From contig CAYMFW010000001.1 of assembly GCA_964389785.1 (NCBI GenBank), forward strand, positions 10,806-71,443: a stretch of 60,638 bases of DNA, read 5' to 3'. This DNA comes from an uncultured Planctomycetota bacterium. Its GTDB lineage: Bacteria; Planctomycetota; CAYMFW01. This document shows, piece after piece, positions 19,680-27,707 of this stretch. The notes beneath the pieces are model-generated. The model had not been told where the DNA came from. It was given only the letters and a program-made list of their open reading frames with translations, and searched no databases. How positions within the stretch are numbered: the first letter of the stretch is position 1; the number at the start of each line of letters is the position of its first letter. The position numbers were made by a program, and so were the translations under genes.

Positions 19680-20819
19680 ATGTCCAATAGACCCCATATC
19701 GCAGCGTACTATTTCCCCGAGTATCATCCCGACGCCCGCAACGACACGTGGCACGGCACCGGATGGACGGAGTGGGAACTGATGAAGCATGCCCAACCCA
19801 GGTTCGAGGGGCACCACCAGCCCAAGATCCCGGTATGGGGATACGAAGACGAGTCGGACCCGGCGGTGATGGAGAAGAAGATCGCCGCGGCCGCGGAGTA
19901 CGGCATCGACTCGTTCATATTCGACTGGTACTGGTACGAGGACGGGCCGTTCCTGGAGCGGTGCCTGGAGCAGGGCTTTCTGAAGGCGAAGAACAACGAC
20001 CGGCTGAAGTTCTCCATCATGTGGGCGAACCACACCTGGAGCAACAACCATCCCGGCCACCGCACCCGGCCGCTGCCCGTTCTCGCTCCCGGCGAGGTGT
20101 CGCGCAAAGCGCTCGATAAAGCGCTCGACCACGTTATCGAGCATTACTTTCCGCATCCGTCATACTGGAAGCTGGACGGCGCGCAGTATTTCTCCTTCTA
20201 CGGCATCCGCTGTCTGATCGACGGCCTGGGCGGTGTGGAGCAGACTAAAGACGCCATCGAGGACTTCCGGGCACGGACGGAGAAGGCCGGACGCGGGCCG
20301 CTTCACGTCAACGCGATACAGCAGAGCACCCCGATCGACACACGGGAGGACGTCTTCGAAAAGCATCACGCCGAGCTGATGACGATCGGCTTCGACAGCG
20401 TCGCCGCCTACATATGGCACTGGCGACGGCTGTTCGCCCACTTCCCCACCACCGAGTACGCCGAGGCACGCGAGGGCTCCATCGAGGACTGGGAGAACAA
20501 CGTGAAGGTGTACGGCATGCCCTACATCCCGAGCGTCACGATGGGATGGGACAACACGCCGCGGGTATGTCAGTCGGACATATGGGAAAAAGGGCCGTGG
20601 AATTACTCACCCGTGGTGATCAACAACACGCCGGAGGAGTTCGAGAAGTCGCTCGCCGCTGTCCGGGACTTCCTGGCGCGAACCGAGTGCCCGTTCCAAC
20701 AGCCGGTGTTCACCATCAACGCGTGGAACGAGTGGACCGAGGGCAATCACCTGGAGCCCGAGGAGCGGTACGGCTTCGGATATCTCGCGGCGGTCAGAAA
20801 CGTGTTCGGCACCGCCTGA
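19680..20819 (+). CDS. WbsX / GH99-like family glycoside hydrolase
   Basis: AYYFPEYH, GWTEW, YGIDSFIFDWYW, MWANH, GWDNTPR and INAWNEWTEGNHLEP motifs. Confidence 0.88.
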   Translation: MSNRPHIAAYYFPEYHPDARNDTWHGTGWTEWELMKHAQPRFEGHHQPKIPVWGYEDESDPAVMEKKIAAAAEYGIDSFIFDWYWYEDGPFLERCLEQGFLKAKNNDRLKFSIMWANHTWSNNHPGHRTRPLPVLAPGEVSRKALDKALDHVIEHYFPHPSYWKLDGAQYFSFYGIRCLIDGLGGVEQTKDAIEDFRARTEKAGRGPLHVNAIQQSTPIDTREDVFEKHHAELMTIGFDSVAAYIWHWRRLFAHFPTTEYAEAREGSIEDWENNVKVYGMPYIPSVTMGWDNTPRVCQSDIWEKGPWNYSPVVINNTPEEFEKSLAAVRDFLARTECPFQQPVFTINAWNEWTEGNHLEPEERYGFGYLAAVRNVFGTA

Positions 20820-20848
20820 TTCAACAAAATTCCATACTTCTGAACATT

Positions 20849-20884
20849 ATCACACGTTGCAGCGTGTGATTCACTCCGTATACT
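20849..20884 (+). promoter_or_regulatory. Palindromic operator enclosing the -35 of the HEAT-B/pilin operon promoter
   Basis: ATCACACG-TTGCAG-CGTGTGAT (20849-20870). TTGCAG is 16 bp upstream of TATACT (20879-20884). Confidence 0.5.
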
Positions 20885-20939
20885 TACACACAACGACACC
20901 CGGCGCACACGATCGCTGCTTCAGGAAGGAGATCAGCCG

Positions 20940-22073
20940 ATGAAAAGACCGATGACGTCCCCTGTTGCGGCGGCCCTGATCGCGACTGTCGCGCTGTGCT
21001 TCGCCGCGCGCGCGGACGACGAACTCAGGGTGAAGGGAAAGCCGCTTTCGACGTGGCTGAGTCAGCTCAGGGGCGGCAACCGGGGCCTGCAGGTGAGGGC
21101 GGCGCGGGCGCTCTGCGAGGCCCCGAAAGAGGCCCACCCGAAGATCATAGAGGCGGTGATTCCGGTTCTGAAGTCCGACCGGCAGAACGACAGGTTCGTC
21201 GCCGCCCAGGTGCTGACCGAGTGCGGCCCGGCGGCGCGGGCGGCGGTGCCGGGACTGCTTCTCATGCTCGAGGGAACGCAGTTCGAGCGCAACCGCGCCG
21301 CGGCGGCCAAGGCGCTGGGAGCCATCCTCGAGAATTCGAAGCCCTCCGAAGAGATCGAGAAGGTGACACAGAAGCTGCTCTCTGTGTTCAACGACCAGTA
21401 CCCGGACGTGCGGCGCGAGGCGGTGCGTGCCTGCGGCATGATCGGTCCGGCGGCGAAGGCATGTGTGGATCACCTTCCGACCCGATGCGACGATACGCAG
21501 CCGGGCGTCGGCGCCTGCTACGGGGTGAGGAGTGAGGCGGCATGGACCATGGGGAGGATGGGCGACCACTCGAAGAAACACATCGACAAGCTCATCAGCC
21601 TGATGCACAGGGACGGGATGAAGCTGCCCACGATTGTCGAGGCGATCGGAAAGATAGGCCCGGTCCACGAGAACGTGGTGTCGAACATTGTCGACGTGAT
21701 GGAGAAGGCCGCCAACAGCGGCTGGAGCAGCGGCTCTCCCATGACGCTCTGGCCCTTCGGAGAGGCGGCAATGAGAGCGCTTCAGCGTTTCGGCCCGAAG
21801 GCGGCAAAGGCGGTGCCGTTCCTGATGCGGCTGCTGCCGTCGAAGTCGGGCAGCTCGAGCGTGGACGTAAGAGCCAACCTGATTGTGATCGCGGAAGTCA
21901 CCCGCACACTGGGCGCGATGGGACCGGCGGCGAAGGAGGCCGGGCCAAGGCTGAAGGTTATGACGACATTCCGCAATCATCCGCACGGCGACAATACCCC
22001 GGAGAAACTGGAGGCGCTCCACAAGGCGGCAAAGGAAGCCGTTGCCGCGGTGGAAGGAGAAGCCGCCAAATGA
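20940..22073 (+). CDS. Secreted HEAT/PBS-lyase repeat protein (paralogue B)
   Basis: Signal peptide. Shares [38 protein letters not shown] and GPVHENVV with paralogue A. Confidence 0.85.
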   Translation: MKRPMTSPVAAALIATVALCFAARADDELRVKGKPLSTWLSQLRGGNRGLQVRAARALCEAPKEAHPKIIEAVIPVLKSDRQNDRFVAAQVLTECGPAARAAVPGLLLMLEGTQFERNRAAAAKALGAILENSKPSEEIEKVTQKLLSVFNDQYPDVRREAVRACGMIGPAAKACVDHLPTRCDDTQPGVGACYGVRSEAAWTMGRMGDHSKKHIDKLISLMHRDGMKLPTIVEAIGKIGPVHENVVSNIVDVMEKAANSGWSSGSPMTLWPFGEAAMRALQRFGPKAAKAVPFLMRLLPSKSGSSSVDVRANLIVIAEVTRTLGAMGPAAKEAGPRLKVMTTFRNHPHGDNTPEKLEALHKAAKEAVAAVEGEAAK

Positions 22074-23236
22074 GCACGCACGGCAGGAAAGGGTTTACCC
22101 TCGTCGAGCTGCTCGTCGTCGTGGCGATCGTCGCGCTTCTCGCGGCCCTCATCCTGCCCGGACTCTCCCGCGCGCGGGAGTACGCCTACTTCACCCGGTG
22201 CAAGAGCAACCTGCGGCAGATCGGCATCGGCATCCTCGTGTTCGGGACCGACCACAAGGGCAAGATGCAGCTCGTCTACAACGGCTGCGACCGGTGGGTC
22301 GGGGCGTCGTACAGCCCGAGCTACGGCGGCGGCCCCGGCGTGAAGTTCGGCCGTACCGACCGGAGCTGCTGGGGCGAGTGGCAGTCGGGCGACGGGGGAT
22401 TCGGAATGTATCTCGCCTGCAGCATCTACTGGGACCGGTACGAGTACCGGTGGCAGCCGGCGGCGGAGGAACGGGACTGGTTCAACAATCCGCGATACCA
22501 GGACAAGTGGTGGGTCGGGCTCCCCCGCCAGCCCGGCACGTACCTTCCCATCGAAGCGCTGTGGGACCCCATCGTCAAGGTAAGGGACTGGGGATACTGG
22601 GGCATCGACACCTGGCCTATCGGCACCAACTGGGGCTCCGGCAACGTGCGGGTCTACGCGGGTACGGAGAAGGAACGGGATTACCTCTCGAGACACTCCG
22701 GTATCTACGGCTACGAGTTCTTCACCAGCCAGGTGAACTGCGCGAAGTATCTCAAGAACCGGTCCTTCCGGGACCACCTGATCAACGGGCTCGCCGACCC
22801 GAGCGACGGCACCGGTACGTCCGGCGCCGAGGGGCCGAATCACCGGCCGGATACCAATTTCCGGCCGATAAGCATGTCGTCCACTCCTCCCGCCTGGGTT
22901 TCCGTCTGCCACACCCCCTCCCAATCGCAGGGCACGCGGAGCGGTGTCGTGTACAGGCGGAATATGATGACCCATTTCGGTCTGAAGACCGCCGTGCCCG
23001 GGGACTTTCGATTCAACGTGCTGCACCTGGACGGCCACGTCGACGACTCCTTATGGAAGGAGGCGAAGAGCTCCGAGATGTGGCAGATGCCGCACGACTA
23101 CCTGAAGCGGCCTTACGGGTGGGCGACTAAGAACGGGACATGGCCGGAGAAGCTCGGTCCCGAAGAGCTGCCCCTCTTCGAGGGCGCCTTCGACCAGAAC
23201 GCGGACGAATTCCGCAAAGTCGACCGGCTGCGCTGA
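22070..23236 (+). CDS. Prepilin-type N-terminal cleavage/methylation protein, DUF1559/H-X9-DG-like (paralogue 2)
   Basis: KG|[43 protein letters not shown] overlap with HEAT-B. Confidence 0.88.
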   Translation: MSTHGRKGFTLVELLVVVAIVALLAALILPGLSRAREYAYFTRCKSNLRQIGIGILVFGTDHKGKMQLVYNGCDRWVGASYSPSYGGGPGVKFGRTDRSCWGEWQSGDGGFGMYLACSIYWDRYEYRWQPAAEERDWFNNPRYQDKWWVGLPRQPGTYLPIEALWDPIVKVRDWGYWGIDTWPIGTNWGSGNVRVYAGTEKERDYLSRHSGIYGYEFFTSQVNCAKYLKNRSFRDHLINGLADPSDGTGTSGAEGPNHRPDTNFRPISMSSTPPAWVSVCHTPSQSQGTRSGVVYRRNMMTHFGLKTAVPGDFRFNVLHLDGHVDDSLWKEAKSSEMWQMPHDYLKRPYGWATKNGTWPEKLGPEELPLFEGAFDQNADEFRKVDRLR

Positions 23237-23275
23237 CCCCCCCCCCCTTGCGCAAACGCGTTTTTGAGGTATACT
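23237..23275 (+). promoter_or_regulatory. C11 homopolymer followed by a sigma70-like promoter (probably leaderless) for paralogue 3
   Basis: C x11 (23237-23247), TTGCGC (23248-23253), 16-bp spacer, TATACT (23270-23275). ATG at 23284 has no SD sequence. Confidence 0.55.
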
Positions 23276-23283
23276 TCTCTACC

Positions 23284-24450
23284 ATGAAGAAGCACGCTTT
23301 TACCCTCGTCGAGCTGCTGGTAGTGGTGGCGATTATGGCGATTATGGCGGCGATGACCCTTCCCGGGCTGACCCGGGCACGGGAATATGCCTACTTCACC
23401 CGGTGCAAGAGCAACCTTCGTCAGATCGGCATAGGCATCCTGGTGTTCGGCAGCGACCACCGGGGACAGCTTCAGCTCGTCTACAACGGCTGCGACCGCA
23501 AGACAGGAAGCTCGAGCGATATCTCGGGAGGCGGGCCCGGCGTGAAGTTCGGCCGCACCGACCGGAGCTGCTGGGGCGAGTGGCAGTCCGGCGACGGCGG
23601 GTGGGGAATGTACCTCGCCAGCAGCCTCTACTGGGACCGGTACGAGTACCGGTGGCAGCCGGCGGCGGATGAACGGGATTGGTTCAACAATCCGCTGTAC
23701 CAGGACAAGTGGTGGGTGGGACATCCCCGCCAGCCCGGCACGTACCTCCCCATCGAGGCCCTCTGGGACCCTATCGTCAAGATACGGGACTGGGGATACT
23801 GGGGCATCGACACCTGGCCGGTCGGCACCGACTGGCCGGACGACGGCTCCACCGGCCACGTTCGGATTCATGCGGGTACGGAGAAGGAACGGGATTACCT
23901 CTCGCGGCATTCCGGCATCTACGGCTACGAGTTCTTCATGAGCCAGGTGAACTGCGCGAAGTATCTGGCAGATCCATCATACAAGGACCATCTGATCGAC
24001 GGGCTCGCCGACCCGAGCGACGGCACGGGTACGTCCGGCGCCGAGGGACCCAACCACCGGCCGGACACGAAATTCCGGCCCATGACGACATTCTCGAATC
24101 CGACCGCGTGGGTCTCCGTCTGTCATACCCCTTCCCAGGCCCAAGGCACCCGCAGCGGCGTCGTCTATAAACGGGATATGATGACTCACTTCGGCCTGAA
24201 GACAAGCATGCCCGGCGAGTTCAGGTTCAACGTGCTGCACCTGGGCGGGCATCTCCACGACGCCGTGTGGAAGGAGGTGAACACCTCCGAGATGTGGCAG
24301 ATGCCGCAGGACTACCTGAAGCGACCGTACGGGTGGGCGACGAAGAGCGGCACCTGGCCCGACAAGATGGGCCCCCAGGAAACGCCGCTCTTCGAAGGGG
24401 CGTTCGACCAGAACGCCAACGAATACCGCAAGGTCGACCGGCTGTATTGA
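23284..24450 (+). CDS. Prepilin-type N-terminal cleavage/methylation protein, DUF1559-like (paralogue 3, tandem duplicate of paralogue 2)
   Basis: HA|[10 protein letters not shown]. Same length as paralogue 2 (1167 bp) with long identical stretches. HLGGH in place of HLDGH. Confidence 0.88.
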   Translation: MKKHAFTLVELLVVVAIMAIMAAMTLPGLTRAREYAYFTRCKSNLRQIGIGILVFGSDHRGQLQLVYNGCDRKTGSSSDISGGGPGVKFGRTDRSCWGEWQSGDGGWGMYLASSLYWDRYEYRWQPAADERDWFNNPLYQDKWWVGHPRQPGTYLPIEALWDPIVKIRDWGYWGIDTWPVGTDWPDDGSTGHVRIHAGTEKERDYLSRHSGIYGYEFFMSQVNCAKYLADPSYKDHLIDGLADPSDGTGTSGAEGPNHRPDTKFRPMTTFSNPTAWVSVCHTPSQAQGTRSGVVYKRDMMTHFGLKTSMPGEFRFNVLHLGGHLHDAVWKEVNTSEMWQMPQDYLKRPYGWATKSGTWPDKMGPQETPLFEGAFDQNANEYRKVDRLY

Positions 24451-25698
24451 TTACACGAAGCAGTCGAGCCACTCCCTCTGGGCCGGTTTTCCGGCGAAGT
24501 CTATCTTTATGAGCGAAACTCCCGCGATACGGTCCGGGTTCTTCTTCGGCAGTCCGCGGAGCGTCAGCCGGCGCGGCTCCTGCGTGAAGCGCACCCTCCT
24601 TCCCGTCGGCACCAGGCTCACCCTCCTGACCTTGCTGCGAAGCCCGCCTATCGCAAGCTCGCTCCCCGGCCACCGGCTGCACCAGAAATAGCCGGTGTTG
24701 CCCCTGCGGCTCCACCACCCCGTCGGCATGCCGCGGAGGCCGTCGAGACGGTCGACGCGGCCGTAGACCGCCTCTCCGTTCCGGGCAAGCCACCTCCCCA
24801 CGGGAAGCAGCCGCTTCGTCGCCTCGGGCGGCACGGAGCCGTCCGGCTTCGGTCCTATGTTGAGAAGAAGGTTCCCCGCGCCGCTCGTCACCTGGTTGAG
24901 CATCTTTATCACCTGACGCGTCGAGTGCCAGTCCTCGGGGGGCGCGTACGGCATCCAGCCCCACGAGCCGTTGAACGTCATGCACGCCTCCCATGCCCGT
25001 CCCGGCTCCGCGGCCTGTATCCGCTCCTCCGGCGTGCCGAAGTCCTCCGGAAGCTGGGAGCGGTTGTTCATGATGATGTGCGGCTGAAGCCCGCGCACCA
25101 TCCGGTTCATCTTCCGGCTCTCCCACTTCTCGGGTGACGAAAGCGGCTGGGACACGTCGTACCAGAGGACGTCGATCCTGCCGTAATTGGTCATCAGTTC
25201 ACGCACGCAGCCGTGCGTGAAATCCACGAACCGGCGCCGGGCCGCCTCGTTCACCGCGCAGCGCTTCCCGTCCGGGTGGTGCCAGTCCATGAGCGAGTAG
25301 TAGAACCCGACCCGCAGGCCGAACTCCCGGCACGCCTCGACGTACTCCCGCACCAGGTCCCGGCCCGGTGTGTGGTTCACCGCGTTGTAGTCCGTCATCT
25401 CGGTGTCCCACAGGCAGTAGCCCTCGTGATGCTTGGTGGTCATCACCATGTACTTTATTCCCGCCTTCTTCGCGAGGCGCGCCCACTCCCGCGCCGGACG
25501 CTTCTTCACCTTCCACGTCTTCGCGAGCCGTTCGTACTCCTTCTTCGGAATGCACTCCCGGTTCATCACCCATTCGTGCCGCCCCAGCTGGGAATACAGC
25601 CCCCAGTGAACGAACATCCCGAAGCGGGCCTCGTGCCACCACTTCATCCGGCGGGCCCGGTCTTTGTCTGCCTGTGATACCCGTTTCTTCCTCGCCAT
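24451..25698 (-). CDS. Alpha-L-fucosidase (GH29)
   Basis: WWHEARFGMFVHWGLYS, TTKHHEG, YYSLMDW, VLWYD, NNR and GNLLLNIGP motifs. RBS AAGGAGG upstream of ATG 25698. Confidence 0.93.
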   Translation of the reverse strand: MARKKRVSQADKDRARRMKWWHEARFGMFVHWGLYSQLGRHEWVMNRECIPKKEYERLAKTWKVKKRPAREWARLAKKAGIKYMVMTTKHHEGYCLWDTEMTDYNAVNHTPGRDLVREYVEACREFGLRVGFYYSLMDWHHPDGKRCAVNEAARRRFVDFTHGCVRELMTNYGRIDVLWYDVSQPLSSPEKWESRKMNRMVRGLQPHIIMNNRSQLPEDFGTPEERIQAAEPGRAWEACMTFNGSWGWMPYAPPEDWHSTRQVIKMLNQVTSGAGNLLLNIGPKPDGSVPPEATKRLLPVGRWLARNGEAVYGRVDRLDGLRGMPTGWWSRRGNTGYFWCSRWPGSELAIGGLRSKVRRVSLVPTGRRVRFTQEPRRLTLRGLPKKNPDRIAGVSLIKIDFAGKPAQREWLDCFV

Positions 25699-25835
25699 AA
25701 CGACACCTCCTTGTATAGGGATTACGGCCTCATAATCCCACTGTCGACGGAATACGGGAATGGACGATCTTGGGAACTTCATGTATATTTGTGTTATGAC
25801 TGCTAGAAGCCGTTTCATGAGTCTTTTCGTCACGA

Positions 25836-25954
25836 GGCCGAGCGAAGAAATCGCTGGCAAGGACGCAGGTGCGAAAAGCCCGGAGGCGACCCCAAAGCGG
25901 GTCGTCGAGGACTTTTCGTACCGAGGACGGCGCCAGCGAGTTCTGCAGCCGGCC
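25836..25954. repeat. Long imperfect inverted repeat (rod-like hairpin; REP/MITE-like element or structured RNA)
   Basis: Nested stems GGCCG/CGGCC, TCGCTGGC/GCCAGCGA, GGTGCGAAAAG/CTTTTCGTACC and GGCGACCC/GGGTCGTC. Confidence 0.6.
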
Positions 25955-25976
25955 GCAGTAGATAGAGACTCGTGGA

Positions 25977-26792
25977 ATGGCTTCTAACGACCCGGTACTG
26001 TCGTCTCTCGCCGTCCAGGTGACCATGACGAAACGGTCCGTTCTGGACACCGGGTGGAACGTGTGCGACTACAGCGACAACAACTCGCGGCTGTACTACA
26101 TCGAGGCCGGGGAAGGGTACGTCCGGCACCACGGCAGGGATTATCATCTGCGTCCCGGGTATCTGTTCGTCATTCCCGCGCACACGATCCTGTCCTACTG
26201 GTGCCCTGAAGCATGCGTTCAGCTCTGGGCCCATTTCAACGCGACGCTCTTCGGCGGGCTGCCTCTGCTCGACTACCTGCAGTGTGAATTCGAGGTGCCG
26301 GTCGAGAAGCCCCGGCACGTCGTCTCCCTCTTCAAGCGGATGCGCAAGGCCTTCGGAAGCGGCTCACCTGAAGAGGCGCTCGAGACGCGCGGGATTCTGC
26401 TCCAGATTCTCGCGCCGTTCGCCCGCACGGCGGACCCCGTCCGGCACGAGAAGAGACGACAGGGGATTCTCCGTTTCCGCAGCGTGCTGGAGTACATAGA
26501 CAGGCATCTCGGCGAGCCGATAATCGTGGACGACCTGGCCGCGCTAGCCCACCTGGAACGGACGTACTTCACCCGGCTTTTCGCATCACACTTCGGCGCG
26601 CCGCCGGCGAAGTTCGTGCTTCAAAGGAGGGTGGAACGGGCTAAGCGGCTTCTGTGGGAGACCGGCGACACGCTCGAATCCATCGCCGCCGCGCTCGGGT
26701 TCGCCGACGGATTTCATCTCTCCAAGGCGTTCAAGCGGGTCACCGGCATCTCCCCCAGCGGATTCAGGAAGCAGCCGCGCGGGATGCCGTAG
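25977..26792 (+). CDS. AraC family transcriptional regulator
   Basis: N-terminal cupin (RLYYIEAGEG) and C-terminal double HTH (DDLAALAHL...YFTRLF...IAAALGFAD..HLSKAFKRVTGISP). Divergent from the fucosidase gene. Confidence 0.93.
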   Translation: MASNDPVLSSLAVQVTMTKRSVLDTGWNVCDYSDNNSRLYYIEAGEGYVRHHGRDYHLRPGYLFVIPAHTILSYWCPEACVQLWAHFNATLFGGLPLLDYLQCEFEVPVEKPRHVVSLFKRMRKAFGSGSPEEALETRGILLQILAPFARTADPVRHEKRRQGILRFRSVLEYIDRHLGEPIIVDDLAALAHLERTYFTRLFASHFGAPPAKFVLQRRVERAKRLLWETGDTLESIAAALGFADGFHLSKAFKRVTGISPSGFRKQPRGMP

Positions 26793-26796
26793 CCCC

Positions 26797-27669
26797 CTAC
26801 TTCTTCGCGCTCTCGGTCTTCAGGAACCGTATCCCGCAGCCGTTGTAGTTCTGTATCCAGGGAGAATAAACGCGGGGTATCATCCCGAACATCCGGCCGA
26901 TCTCACGCTCCGTGCTTCGCGTCGCGTAGAACTCGTTCGAGACAAGCAGCAGCAGCGCCTCGGGGGAGGCCGAGAGGTCCTCTCCCTTCACCCGCAGGAG
27001 GGTCACCGTGTTGCCCTCGAACGGGAACCCGCCCACCATGCCCCGCTCCTCGAACTCCTCGACCGGGGCGACGAGCGTGATGGACAGGCTGAAATCCTCG
27101 AGCATGTCCTGGAACACCTGGACCACGCGCTTGTATTCCTGCCGCTTCGCGGGGGTCATCGGCTCGGGGCCGACCAGGTCACGGAGGCGCGGCACCGGCT
27201 TTATGTACATTTCCTCCCGGTAGACCCGGCCCCAGCTCTCCCGCGGCTCCGTCCGGTACTTGAAGGTCATCCTGCCGTCTATCTTTCTCTGCTCGAACCC
27301 CTTGAAGGCCGCCATGGTCGGCAGCATCCACAGCATCACCTTGTTGATGTCCTTGAACGCGTACTCCGCCTTCAGCACCTTCCGGCCGTCCTTTGTCGTC
27401 TCGGTCTCCCGGCTCTTCAGCTCCACCTCCCCCATCGTCTTGAGCCGCTCCTGGAACAGCGCGTCGGAGAGCACGATCGGGTCGAGGTTCGCGACGCCCT
27501 TCTTCTTTCCGAACCCTTCCATCATCCGCTTTCCCCGCGGGGTAAGCTGTATGCGCTCGACGATCTTCCCGGAGCCGTCGTGATTCACGTGAATCTCCTG
27601 GCGCATGTCCACGCACCCGCAGAGGAGAACGAGGACCGGCACACCGAAGAAAAGCAGGTTTCGGTTCAT
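26797..27669 (-). CDS. Putative lipoprotein (LppM-like start), hypothetical
   Basis: MNRNLLFFGVPVLVLLCGC lipobox followed by EIHVNHDGSG. RBS GGAGG. Confidence 0.7.
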   Translation of the reverse strand: MNRNLLFFGVPVLVLLCGCVDMRQEIHVNHDGSGKIVERIQLTPRGKRMMEGFGKKKGVANLDPIVLSDALFQERLKTMGEVELKSRETETTKDGRKVLKAEYAFKDINKVMLWMLPTMAAFKGFEQRKIDGRMTFKYRTEPRESWGRVYREEMYIKPVPRLRDLVGPEPMTPAKRQEYKRVVQVFQDMLEDFSLSITLVAPVEEFEERGMVGGFPFEGNTVTLLRVKGEDLSASPEALLLLVSNEFYATRSTEREIGRMFGMIPRVYSPWIQNYNGCGIRFLKTESAKK

Positions 27670-27707
27670 GGTATCCTCCCTGGAAAAATAGATCTGTCCC
27701 CTTTTCT

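Noticed and set aside
16734-23283. Long upstream extensions of the three pilin-like ORFs (from 16734, 21542, 23140)
   Set aside because: They overlap upstream genes, and prepilin leaders are short. Starts reassigned to 17046, 22070 and 23284.
22070-24450. Possible diversity-generating retroelement (TR/VR pair)
   Set aside because: No reverse transcriptase in the window, differences are not adenine-specific, and both copies are full-length genes.
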